A stretch of DNA of 62,323 nucleotides, counting the filler. It is 10 parts of 10 records of this genome, joined end to end, with 100 filler letters (N's around TTAATTAATTAA, not from the genome) between each part and the next. Parts side by side here need not be neighbours in the genome. Positions count along the whole stretch, not along the records: positions 22,129 to 27,926 come from SRR31147125_138397; positions 28,027 to 35,470 come from SRR31147125_138642; 8 more parts are not named here. One strand, 5' to 3'. Positions 22,831-32,258 of this stretch are shown one piece after another. Numbering within the stretch: the stretch's first letter is position 1; each line of letters begins with the position of its first letter. Below the pieces are notes generated by a model. It was not told where the DNA came from, searched no databases, and saw only the letters and a list, made by a program, of their open reading frames with translations. The translations under genes were made by a program, and so were the position numbers.

Positions 22831-23676
22831 ATGAAGAATTTCCTCTCGCCACCGGAACTGGCGGCAGAATTAAGCGCCTGGGGTGAAAGCAAAGCACAGC
22901 GCTCTATCCTGCAGCTGTTGCTGCTCGGCTTCCTGGCCGGAGCCTACATCGGCTTTGCCGCACATCTGGCAACAATTGTCGCGACCGGTGACTTCGCCTG
23001 GACCGGACTGAAGAAATTCTTTGTCGGGGCAGTTTTCAGCGTTGGTCTGATGCTGGTGGTCATCCCCGGCTCAGAACTCTGGACCGGCAACACCATGATG
23101 ACCACGGCGCTGCTGGAAAAGCGGATCACGCTCGCGGGAATGCTGCGTAACTGGTTCTGGGTTTACCTTGGAAACCTGATCGGCTCGGTTTTTCTCGCCT
23201 GGATGATCGTCTCTCAAACCGGGATTCTGGACAGCAGCTTCGGTGGAACCGCTCTCTCCATTGCCTCGGCCAAAATCTCAACAGAGGTTGCCGGAACCTC
23301 CCATAACCTGGCTTATTTCTTCCGCGCCATCGGCTGTAATTGGCTGGTCTGCCTGGCCGTCCTGCAAGCGATGGCGGCCAAAGAGATCAGCGGCAAAGTG
23401 CTCGGGATATTCTTTCCGATCATGGCGTTCGTCGCAGCCGGATTCGAACACGCCATTGCCAATATGTACTTCATCCCGGCCGGGATTTTTGCCAAGGGAT
23501 TGCAAACCGCCGTCGCCACGTCAGGCCTGTCGACCGAGCTGCTCCATCAGCTCAACTGGGCGTCCATGTGGCACAGCAACCTGATCGTTGTCACCCTCGG
23601 TAATTTCATCGGCGGCGGATTGTTCGTCGGCATGATCTACTGGTGGATCTATCTGCGAATTGAAAGATCAGCGTAA
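22831..23676 (+). CDS. Formate/nitrite transporter (FocA/FdhC/NirC family)
   Basis: LGFLAGAYIG, FSVGLMLV, GSELWTGN, GNLIG, AIGCNWLVCLA, GFEHAIANM, VTLGNFIGG. Confidence 0.93.
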   Translation: MKNFLSPPELAAELSAWGESKAQRSILQLLLLGFLAGAYIGFAAHLATIVATGDFAWTGLKKFFVGAVFSVGLMLVVIPGSELWTGNTMMTTALLEKRITLAGMLRNWFWVYLGNLIGSVFLAWMIVSQTGILDSSFGGTALSIASAKISTEVAGTSHNLAYFFRAIGCNWLVCLAVLQAMAAKEISGKVLGIFFPIMAFVAAGFEHAIANMYFIPAGIFAKGLQTAVATSGLSTELLHQLNWASMWHSNLIVVTLGNFIGGGLFVGMIYWWIYLRIERSA

Positions 23677-23859
23677 CCATTTCCGGCACAAGCCCCGCTC
23701 TCCCCACATAAACCAGCCAACCAACCCCCACTACACAAAAAGGAGCATTTAAGTGCTCACCTGTTGCTTTTTCGCCTGAAGCCAAAGTACTATATTTTGT
23801 GTTGTTTTTTGTATTCTATTTTCTCTGTATTTTTTGTTCATATTAAGACAGGAGGTCTT

Positions 23860-25371
23860 ATGAAAAGAATTTATCTCTATCTGGCAATACTGCCCAATAT
23901 TCTTCTGGCTGTTGTTCTCCTGGCCTCTGCCCCTGCGATTGCAGCTGAAATCAGCGACGATACTGAAACCTGTATTGGCTGTCATTCAATGGTAACTCCC
24001 GGGATTGTTTCTGATTGGCAGGCTAGTCGTCACTTCAAGATCTCCCCAGCAGAAGCTCTACAGAAAGAAGACATCGAGAGGAGGATGTCCTCAGAAAAAG
24101 TGGCTGAAGAATTCGCCAAAGTTGCCGTCGGCTGCGCCGAATGTCATATGATGAACGCGGACAAGCACCCTGACAGTTTTGACCACAACGGCTTCACGAT
24201 CCATACCGTCGTTTCGCCAAATGATTGTGCCACCTGTCACCCCACAGAAGTAACCGAGTTTTCCGAGAACCTTATGGCTGAGGCCTATGCCAGCCTGATG
24301 CACAACCCAACCTATGCGAATATGATTGAGAGTACGAACGGCAAGCATGAATTTGACGGCCAAATGATTAAAATTCATGGCTCAGATCCTATGACAGATG
24401 CAGATTCATGCCTATCGTGCCATGGAACCGACGTGAAAGTGACGGGGACCAAAACGCGTGAGACCGATATGGGAGAAATGGATTTTCCGACACTGTCCAA
24501 CTGGCCTAATTCTGGTGTAGGTCGCTTGAATCCTGATGGAAGTGTCGGGGCCCGTTCCTCCTGTCATATGCGCCACCAGTTTTCCATTGAAGTGGCTCGT
24601 AAACCCTATACATGCGGACAGTGTCATAAGGGCCCTGATGTCCCAGCGTACAAAGTTTACTCTGTCAGCATGCACGGAAATATTCAGAAATCTGTCGACA
24701 AAGACTGGGACTACAAAGCGGTTCCCTGGACAATCGGAAAAGACTTCAACGCCCCAACCTGTGCAACCTGTCATGCAAGCGAAATTGTCGATGAAAACGG
24801 AGAAGTTCTCGCGACCAGAACACACCGATTTAATGACCGTCTTCCATGGCGTATTTTCGGACTGCCATACGCCCACCCACACCCGATTGAGGCAGATACT
24901 TCGAAAATTATTAATCAGGGAGGATTACATCTGCCAACTGAGTTGACCGGAGAATATGTCAGCAAAGCACTGATCGATGACGCTGAAATGGCAAAACGTC
25001 AGGCTGCCATGGAGGGTGTTTGCTCAGGGTGTCACAGTGACCAATGGATTGAAGGACACTTTTCGCGCCTCGACAAATCGATCGAAACCACGAACCATAT
25101 GACCCTGCAAGCCACAAAAATCCTTGCCCAAGCCTGGGAAGAAAACCTGGCCTCCGGACTGCCACAGGGCAAAAACCCGATGGATGAAGCCATTGAGTTA
25201 AAATGGGTCGAGCAGTGGCTCTTCTTTGGAAACTCAACACGCTTTGCAACGGCGATGGGTGGTGCCGACTACGGAGTTTTTGCTGACGGCCGTTGGTACC
25301 AGGCCAAGAATCTTCAAGAGATGTCTGATTATCTGAAGTTTTTACGAGCCTCCCAGGCACCAGCTCAGTAA
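23860..25371 (+). CDS. Periplasmic octaheme cytochrome c, hydroxylamine oxidoreductase (HAO) family
   Basis: GGAGG RBS, signal peptide; CIGCH, CAECH, CATCH, CLSCH, (R)SSCH-MRHQFS, CGQCH-KGPD, CATCH, CSGCH in HAO-like spacing. Confidence 0.88.
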   Translation: MKRIYLYLAILPNILLAVVLLASAPAIAAEISDDTETCIGCHSMVTPGIVSDWQASRHFKISPAEALQKEDIERRMSSEKVAEEFAKVAVGCAECHMMNADKHPDSFDHNGFTIHTVVSPNDCATCHPTEVTEFSENLMAEAYASLMHNPTYANMIESTNGKHEFDGQMIKIHGSDPMTDADSCLSCHGTDVKVTGTKTRETDMGEMDFPTLSNWPNSGVGRLNPDGSVGARSSCHMRHQFSIEVARKPYTCGQCHKGPDVPAYKVYSVSMHGNIQKSVDKDWDYKAVPWTIGKDFNAPTCATCHASEIVDENGEVLATRTHRFNDRLPWRIFGLPYAHPHPIEADTSKIINQGGLHLPTELTGEYVSKALIDDAEMAKRQAAMEGVCSGCHSDQWIEGHFSRLDKSIETTNHMTLQATKILAQAWEENLASGLPQGKNPMDEAIELKWVEQWLFFGNSTRFATAMGGADYGVFADGRWYQAKNLQEMSDYLKFLRASQAPAQ

Positions 25372-25387
25372 ACGAATCAGGCTGTGG

Positions 25388-25416
25388 AAAAGAGCCGGGA
25401 AGTCCCGGCTCTTTTT
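25388..25416. terminator. Bidirectional intrinsic terminator
   Basis: AAAAGAGCCGGGA-AG-TCCCGGCTCTTTTT between convergent genes. Confidence 0.85.
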
Positions 25417-25424
25417 GAATTAAT

Positions 25425-25979
25425 TCAGATAAACCCTTTGAGATAACCCTGATAAAGGACATCGTAGCGCACTCCGGAAGGGTCCAGGCGACTGCGGAAC
25501 AGGGTGATACCGGAAACGGTAAACGCCGCATTGGCCTCCTGACTTTCCAATTCACTTTTTAATCGAGGCAGGTGGCGGGGGCTTTTGATCCGCGCCAGGG
25601 TAATATGCGGGACAAAGTTCAGTTCCCGTTTAAAGCCAAACGGTTCAAGGGCCTCATCGACACACGCGACCAATTGCCGAAACAACCGATGCTGATCGGT
25701 CGCGGCATAAAGAATCCGTGGCCTCCCCCGCAAGGGGAAGAACCCGAATCCATCCAGAGATACTTCGAATCCTGTTAAACGCTTCGCTGCCCGGTCAAGT
25801 TGATTCTGAATTTCCGGGAGTAGAGCGTCATCAACCTCGCCGAGAAATTTCAGAGTCACATGCAGGTTGTCCCGTTTCACCCAGGACGCCCGAACACCGG
25901 TACGGCGCAACGTCTCCGTCACCATCTCAAGCTGGGTGCGGACACCATCATTTAATGTCACCGCGACAAAAGCACGCAT
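25425..25979 (-). CDS. thpR: RNA 2',3'-cyclic phosphodiesterase (2'-5' RNA ligase family)
   Basis: MRAFVAV, two HxT motifs (HVTLKFLG, PHITLAR). Confidence 0.92.
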   Translation of the reverse strand: MRAFVAVTLNDGVRTQLEMVTETLRRTGVRASWVKRDNLHVTLKFLGEVDDALLPEIQNQLDRAAKRLTGFEVSLDGFGFFPLRGRPRILYAATDQHRLFRQLVACVDEALEPFGFKRELNFVPHITLARIKSPRHLPRLKSELESQEANAAFTVSGITLFRSRLDPSGVRYDVLYQGYLKGFI

Positions 25980-26013
25980 CCTTGCCCCATAACCACGCTG
26001 GCTGCCGTTGGAA

Positions 26014-27057
26014 CTACAGGTTCTCTTTCAACGCGTTGATGAACAGGTCAATCCGCTCGCGATTGATCCAGTGGTGAAGAACCAGACGGAACTTGCGATC
26101 ACTGCCATGATACGGACTGATCCGGATCTTCTCTTTTGCCAAATGCGCCATCAACGCCTTTGAATCAATCTTTGCACTGGCATCCAGCTCAAAAAAGACA
26201 AAATTTGTCTGCTGACTGAGAACCGTTAACCCTTTCATCGACCGCAATTCCTGAGCCAGATAGACGGCGTTATCATGGTCCTCCTGCAGCCGCTTGCTCA
26301 TTGTGTGCAGAGCGATCAGACCTGGCGCCGCGAGAACACCGATCTGACGCATTCCGCCCCCCAGAAGTTTACGATTGCGGCGCGCTTCACGAATGAAGTC
26401 ACGCGTTCCGAGCAGCACGGAACCGGCCGGGGCACCGAGTCCTTTCGAGAGGCAGAAGGTTACACTGTCGGCCCCTGCCACCACGTCGCGCACGGGCTGA
26501 CCGAGAGCTGTCGCCGCATTGAAGATCCGCGCCCCGTCGATGTGCAACTTCAGGCCATGATGATGAGCAAGGTTGGCAACCGAACGGATGTAACCATCCG
26601 GCAGTGCGATCCCTCCGCAGCTCCCCTGGGTGTTCTCCAGACAGATCAGACGGCTTCTCGGAAAGTGATCATCGTTCCCCCGGATCGCTCCTTCAATCGT
26701 CTCCAGATCAAGGGTTCCATCCTCCTGAACCGGAAGGGTATGGGGGATCAAGCCACCAACGGCAGAGAGCCCGCCCTGCTCGTAGAGGAAAATATGGGAA
26801 CGGTCGCCGAGGATCACTTCTGAACCACGTGGACAATGCGTCAACAGAGCGATCAGGTTCCCCTGACTGCCGCTGGAGACAAACAGGCCAGTCTCCATCC
26901 CGAACATATCGGCCGCATCCTGCTCCAGGCGTTGAACCGTCTGATCTTCACCATAAACATCATCACCAACGACCGCGTCAGCCATCGCCTTGCGCATCGC
27001 ATCCGTTGGTTCAGTCACCGTATCACTGCGCAGGTCGATCCATTCCATAGGGGGCAT
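26014..27057 (-). CDS. ltaE: Low-specificity L-threonine aldolase
   Basis: IDLRSDTVT, GDDVYGED, HIDGARIFNA, PLP lysine CLSKGLGAP, GGGMRQ; CAGGAGA RBS. Confidence 0.93.
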   Translation of the reverse strand: MPPMEWIDLRSDTVTEPTDAMRKAMADAVVGDDVYGEDQTVQRLEQDAADMFGMETGLFVSSGSQGNLIALLTHCPRGSEVILGDRSHIFLYEQGGLSAVGGLIPHTLPVQEDGTLDLETIEGAIRGNDDHFPRSRLICLENTQGSCGGIALPDGYIRSVANLAHHHGLKLHIDGARIFNAATALGQPVRDVVAGADSVTFCLSKGLGAPAGSVLLGTRDFIREARRNRKLLGGGMRQIGVLAAPGLIALHTMSKRLQEDHDNAVYLAQELRSMKGLTVLSQQTNFVFFELDASAKIDSKALMAHLAKEKIRISPYHGSDRKFRLVLHHWINRERIDLFINALKENL

Positions 27058-27073
27058 CCTTTTCTCCTGGATT

Positions 27074-27926
27074 TTATTCCGTTCCAACGATCTCAATAAC
27101 CTGTCCACTTGCCGTCTTCAGGTCTTCCAGAGCGATCTGATAATTGATCCGACTGTAAGCCGTCAGCCCGGCCATCTGGACCAGATCCCTTTGTGCTTCA
27201 TTCAGGCGCGTCAGGGTCGTCACTCCGGCACGGTACGCCTTTTCAATATGATCGCGGATCCGGAACATCATTGTCAGGGCCTCTTCCTGCCGCTGGTACA
27301 TGGCCCGAACACTGGTCGCCCGCTCAACCGCTTGGGTCACCTCCGATCGAACAGCCAACTTTGCCTGCTCCAGCTGCGCCCTGATCTGGCGTGTTTCCGC
27401 TCTGTTCTCCCGAGTACGCGCCGAACGCTCGCCACCGCTGAACAGATTCCATGACAGGTTGAGCCCGACGTAGGCATCATGTTCCTCCTGGTCAACCGGG
27501 TCGATATCACGCAACATGCTGTAATCATAACCGCCATTGAGGACCACTTTGGGAAAATAGTCAGCCCGCGCCACGTTCTCCTGCTGCTCGGCAGCGACAA
27601 GACGGCTTGTAAGGACCTGAAGATCAGAGCGGTGCTGAAGCACATCGACCAGCACCACATCCAGATCAGGAATAGGGGCAAAGCTGTCATTGGTCATCGC
27701 AGAGACCGGATGCATGCGTGGGGACAACTTCCTGTCCGGAAGAGCCAGTAACTCGGCGAGGACGACGCTGACAACTTTAAAATTCTGGGCGTCCGCAAGA
27801 TAATCACTCTCAGCCTGGAGCGCCCGGACAGAAAAATTCAACTTTTCCGCCTCGGCAATGGTTCCGGCCCGCCAGCGCTTGTCCGCATCCGATTCCAGGA
27901 GCCGATTGAATTCCTGGTTGTTGCGG
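27074..27926 (-). CDS. TolC family outer-membrane efflux protein (5' partial)
   Basis: ARADYFPKVVL, VGLNLSWNLFSGG, YRAGVTTLTRLNEAQ, LKTASG. Confidence 0.82.
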
Positions 27927-28026
27927 NNNNNNNNNNNNNNNNNNNNNNNNNNNNNNNNNNNNNNNNNNNNTTAATTAATTAANNNNNNNNNNNNNNNNNN
28001 NNNNNNNNNNNNNNNNNNNNNNNNNN

Positions 28027-28375
28027 TCTCCATGCGGCTGATCGCCTCCTCCATACCGCTGCCCAACTCCATACCGGTCATATCGGTCAATTTGCGCATC
28101 AGGCCGGCTGCCTGGCGCGGATCGTCCTCATCGATCTTCTCCGCCTCACCGGCGAGCATCTGCATGGCCTGTTCCATCTTCGACTCATCGAAGGGTAGGT
28201 CGTCCATATCCCCATCCTCCTTGGCGCGTCCAGTGACGGCAAAGGCGGACATCTGGCGGGACAGGGTTTTGCTTTTGCATCGGGGGCATTTGGGCTTCTT
28301 GGATGTATTGATCGCTTTTGAAAAAAAATTGAATATCGTATTGCACTGATCGCAGTAAAATTCATAAATGGGCAT
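28027..28375 (-). CDS. FmdB-family zinc-ribbon protein (3' partial)
   Basis: MPIYEFYCDQC...CPRCKS..L.RQMSAF, followed by DEDDPRQAA. Confidence 0.85.
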
Positions 28376-28630
28376 GGTTCTACCTCGCGAAACATATTCG
28401 TCTGAAAGCCTGATCCGGTCTCATTTAAGGTGTCAAATAAGATGTCTGCCCGCTTTTGTCAACGGACGGACAGGACCGTGCCCGAGTGGAAAGCGACAAC
28501 CGGCCGCACGCCATGGAGAGCGCTCCAGGGCGACATGCCGACGGGGTGGAGCGTTGACTTGCACGGGGCCTTCTGCTATGGCAGCCGCAACATTCCAACA
28601 TCCGCAAAGAACAGAAAGGAAATAGATATC

Positions 28631-29044
28631 ATGGAACAGACACTGGCCATCATCAAGCCCGACGGAGTGGCCCGGGGCCTCATTGGAGAGGTGCTCATCC
28701 GCATCGAACGTGAAAAACTCGCCATCAAGGCCATGAAGCTCATTCACATGTCCAAACCCCAAGCGCAGGGTTTTTATGCCGTGCACCGGGAACGCCCCTT
28801 TTTTAATGACCTGACCGATTTCATGTGCTCCGGTCCGGCCCTGGTGATGATATTGGAAGGCGAGAACGCCATTGCCCGTTGGCGGGACATGATGGGCGCC
28901 ACCAATTTCAAAGATGCTGCTGCAGGCACCATCCGGCGCGACTTCGCAACGGACATCGAGAAGAACGTGGTTCACGGATCGGATGCAACCGAAACCGCCG
29001 CCTTTGAGACCGGCTACTTCTTCAACGCCCTGGAACGGGTCTGA
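28631..29044 (+). CDS. ndk: Nucleoside diphosphate kinase
   Basis: [30 protein letters not shown], catalytic NVVHGSD. Confidence 0.97.
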   Translation: MEQTLAIIKPDGVARGLIGEVLIRIEREKLAIKAMKLIHMSKPQAQGFYAVHRERPFFNDLTDFMCSGPALVMILEGENAIARWRDMMGATNFKDAAAGTIRRDFATDIEKNVVHGSDATETAAFETGYFFNALERV

Positions 29045-29826
29045 TGACAACAGGCGCTCGCCTTGAGAACATCACCATAGTATTGAACCGGCCCCGATTC
29101 CCTGAAAACATCGGAGCCGCGGCACGCGCCTTATGCAACATGGGCATGAGGCGCCTGGTGGTGGTATCCCCCGAACAATACGATCTCACCCGGGTACTGC
29201 GCCTGGCGACCCACGCGGCCGGCGATGTGGTCGAACAGATGGCCTGTTTCGAAGATCTGAAAGAGGCGCTCTCCCCATTCAACCATGTCGTCGGCACCAC
29301 CGCACGGCGGGGACGTGAGCGTCAATTCGTCATGCAGCCGCAACAGATGGCGGAACATCTGATCCCGATCTCCCAGAACAATCACGTCGCCCTGCTTTTT
29401 GGGCCCGAAGACAGGGGCCTGACCAATGAAGAGCTTCGTCTTTGCCACCATCTGGTCACCATCCCCACCGATCAATTTTCATCGCTCAACCTGGCCCAGG
29501 CGGTGATGGTCATCTGTTATGAAATTTTCAAGAGCGGCAAAAGGAAGTCGAACCATCAGATGCCGCGCCTCGCTTCGCGGATCGAACTGGATGGGATGTA
29601 TGACCAGGTCAAGGATCTGCTCGTTCGTATCGACTATATTCTACCTGACAACCCGGATTACTGGATGAACAAGCTGCGCCGTTTTTTCACCCGGCTTCAA
29701 CTGCGGGCGGGCGAGGTGAGCATCATTCGTGGCATCTGCAGACAGGTCGACTGGTACGCCGGCAAGTGTTACCGTGACGGCACAACCGGGGCTGAACCGC
29801 CCAAGCGATTTTCTTCATCCGATTGA
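29044..29826 (+). CDS. trmJ: TrmJ/LasT-family SPOUT tRNA methyltransferase
   Basis: PENIGAAARALCNMG, VGTTAR, FGPEDRGLTNEEL, SLNLAQAV. Confidence 0.9.
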   Translation: MTTGARLENITIVLNRPRFPENIGAAARALCNMGMRRLVVVSPEQYDLTRVLRLATHAAGDVVEQMACFEDLKEALSPFNHVVGTTARRGRERQFVMQPQQMAEHLIPISQNNHVALLFGPEDRGLTNEELRLCHHLVTIPTDQFSSLNLAQAVMVICYEIFKSGKRKSNHQMPRLASRIELDGMYDQVKDLLVRIDYILPDNPDYWMNKLRRFFTRLQLRAGEVSIIRGICRQVDWYAGKCYRDGTTGAEPPKRFSSSD

Positions 29827-29917
29827 CCCCCGAATGCTAACCCGGGCCATAAGGCGGCCCTTTAAATCTTTACACTGAAAAAGATGTAGTATCGGGTGAC
29901 TTTTTCCAGCTCTGTTC

Positions 29918-29944
29918 TAATCTTATTTAAAGAGAAGCCGATAC
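29918..29944 (+). promoter_or_regulatory. Candidate sigma28 promoter
   Basis: TAAT-N15-GCCGATAC ~110 nt upstream of the single-domain response regulator. Confidence 0.5.
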
Positions 29945-30053
29945 ATAATGAGGAGCCCGTCCGGTGCGGCGCTGGCTGTCTGTTGTTGATGACCGGATAT
30001 TTAGGAAAAGATCTTAGTTAGTTAAGCGCCATCAGGCAAAGGAGAGCCCAATC

Positions 30054-30443
30054 ATGGACAGTGTTCTAATTATCGAAGACGATGATTTTGTCCAAAAGAT
30101 GCTCAAGCAGACATTTGAGCGTGCGGGGTATGAGGTGGCTACCGCCGAAAACGGTGCGGTGGGAATCAAACTGTACGACTCAAAGCTCAATTTAATGGAA
30201 CCGTTCGATGTAGTGATCACCGACCTGATCATGCCTGAAATGGAAGGCATTGAAACCATATCAAAACTTCGCAAACGCGATCCTAAGGTCAAGGTCATCG
30301 CCATCTCCGGTGGCGGACGGAACAAACCGGAAGATTACCTTCAGTTGGCTAAAAAACTCGGCGCCCTGCGCACCTTTACAAAACCGGTGGATCGCGAGGC
30401 GCTATTACTGGCCGTCACTGAATTGGTCTCATCAGCAGAATAA
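30054..30443 (+). CDS. Single-domain response regulator (CheY-like)
   Basis: VLIIEDD, DVVITDLIMPEMEG, IAISGG, FTKP. Confidence 0.92.
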   Translation: MDSVLIIEDDDFVQKMLKQTFERAGYEVATAENGAVGIKLYDSKLNLMEPFDVVITDLIMPEMEGIETISKLRKRDPKVKVIAISGGGRNKPEDYLQLAKKLGALRTFTKPVDREALLLAVTELVSSAE

Positions 30444-30634
30444 TCGAGGCCGGACAGGAAACCACAATACCTGGGTGTTTCCGCGCGCCTCCTTGCCAAG
30501 TCGTCATGAACATCCTATCTTAGGGCCGTCATATTCGCAGAAGGCCAATAAACCGGGGATCGAACCGGCGAGTGCGATCACCTGGAGGCACCAACGCAAT
30601 TCCCACGGAATGAACCCACATAGGGAGGTTTCTC

Positions 30635-31030
30635 ATGCGAGGTCTGGCACTGCGATGGCTCACACTGACGTTTGCCATCGTACTGGCTTCTTACCTTTTG
30701 GACGGTATACGGATCAGCGGCTTTTTTTCCGCCCTTGGTGCCGCTGCCATGCTCGGTATCCTAAACGCATTTTTCAGGCCCATTGCCCTGATCCTCACCC
30801 TGCCGATCAACATCCTTTCGTTCGGCCTTTTCACTTTCGTCATCAATGCTGTCATGCTGAAAATGGCCTCCGGTGTCATCGGAGGATTTGACGTTTTCGG
30901 ATTTTGGACCGCGGTTTTCGGTGCCCTGATCATCAGCCTGGTGAGCTTTGGGCTCAATACGCTCATTGGTGAAAACGGTCGTGTCGACGTAATCGATCTG
31001 AAGCACAGGGGTGGGAATCGATGGGAGTGA
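30635..31030 (+). CDS. YvlD/DUF360 membrane protein (phage holin family IV-like)
   Basis: LGILNAFFRPI..ILTLPINILSFGLFTFVINA. Confidence 0.88.
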   Translation: MRGLALRWLTLTFAIVLASYLLDGIRISGFFSALGAAAMLGILNAFFRPIALILTLPINILSFGLFTFVINAVMLKMASGVIGGFDVFGFWTAVFGALIISLVSFGLNTLIGENGRVDVIDLKHRGGNRWE

Positions 31031-31069
31031 AAGCACCCTTCCATGAAGACCATTGAAATGGACTAAGTC

Positions 31070-31485
31070 ATGTCATGGATCTGGATCATTCTTGGGCTTC
31101 TCTACCTAATCTCGCCATACGATCTCTTTCCCGATTTTTTCCCGATCCGCGGCTGGATTGACGATGCTGTCATCTTGATTTTGCTCGTACGTTATGTCAT
31201 GCGTATCAGACAGGCGAAGCGATCCCCACGGGGCAACAGCAAGAGAAAAGAGACGATACCCGTCGGACAGCAAGCCGGGAAGTCGACTCGGATGAAGCGG
31301 ACCCTTACACGGTTCTGGGCATCTCTCGGGAGGCAAAAAAAGATGAGGTTCAAAGTGCTTACCGCCGACTTGCAAATCAGTATCATCCGGACAAAGTCGC
31401 CCACCTCGGAGCGGAATTACAGGAACTTGCCGAAAAACGATTCAAAGAGATCCAGCACGCCTACGAGAAAATTATTAACAGATGA
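31070..31485 (+). CDS. DUF1232 (YkvA-like) + DnaJ domain protein; frameshift in linker ~31225-31290
   Basis: YLISPYDLFPDFFP..GWIDD; in the -1 frame DPYTVLGISREAKKDEVQSAYRRLANQYHPDKVAHLG...FKEIQHAYE, stop at 31483-31485. Confidence 0.8.
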
Positions 31486-31525
31486 CAATTGATGATTGAC
31501 CCTATTCGTTTTGAAAGTTACCGCC

Positions 31526-31915
31526 ATGCCACCCAAAAAACAGTCAGCTGACAACCAGCGCCTCGCCCGGATTGTCTCCGAGGCACGCAGCCGCCGTGAG
31601 ACACTGGAGAAAACCTATCGTGAACGCGCGTTGAAGCTTTTCCCCCGGATTTGCGCCCGCTGCGGCCGCGAGTTTTCAGGGAAAAAGCTGCGCGAGTTGA
31701 CCGTTCACCATAAAGACCACGACCACAACCACAACCCGCCTGATGGCAGCAATTGGGAACTGCTCTGCCTCTACTGCCATGAAAATGAACATGACCGTAT
31801 GTCCGTAGCGGAAGCTTACGACCACCATGCAACGGATCAGGAGCGACCCTCCGATTTAGACAACAAACCGTTGGCCGGTCTGGCCGAGTTGCTGAAAAAG
31901 AACAAAACTGAATAG
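31526..31915 (+). CDS. yajD: YajD-family HNH nuclease
   Basis: YRERALKLFPRICARCGREF..LRELTVHHKDHDHNHNPPDGSNWELLCLYCHENEH. Confidence 0.9.
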   Translation: MPPKKQSADNQRLARIVSEARSRRETLEKTYRERALKLFPRICARCGREFSGKKLRELTVHHKDHDHNHNPPDGSNWELLCLYCHENEHDRMSVAEAYDHHATDQERPSDLDNKPLAGLAELLKKNKTE

Positions 31916-32258
31916 TGTATTATTTGGCGCAAATAACTTTACCAAACCAACTTCGGCCGGGCGGTGGATCGATCAAATGCACAACCATCGACCGACGTCA
32001 GCACAATCAATAATATATATTATATATTCAAATATTTATTCAAAATCTAAAACACCATTCCGCACTGCCCCCCAATTTATGAATGTCCCTCATTTATAAG
32101 ATCTTGAAATATCAAATTAAATAGAAAATAGTGCTGGCATGTTTTTTTATTTATTGATATAGGTTTCCGAATTTTGCTTAAAGTTAGGGAGATAGCGCTG
32201 CTTCAGCGCGACGGAATTCGATAGAACAAAAATCTATTTTGTGAGGACGCTTCTGGCC

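Noticed and set aside
23764-23859. Longer start of the octaheme cytochrome
   Set aside because: GGAGG RBS and signal peptide support ATG 23860.
30635-31915. Holin-like gene plus HNH nuclease as a prophage or defence island
   Set aside because: YvlD and YajD families are common chromosomal genes; no phage or integrase genes nearby.
32135-32152. TGGCATG as a sigma54 promoter for the CoA transferase
   Set aside because: The -12 position reads TTAT, lacking the GC.
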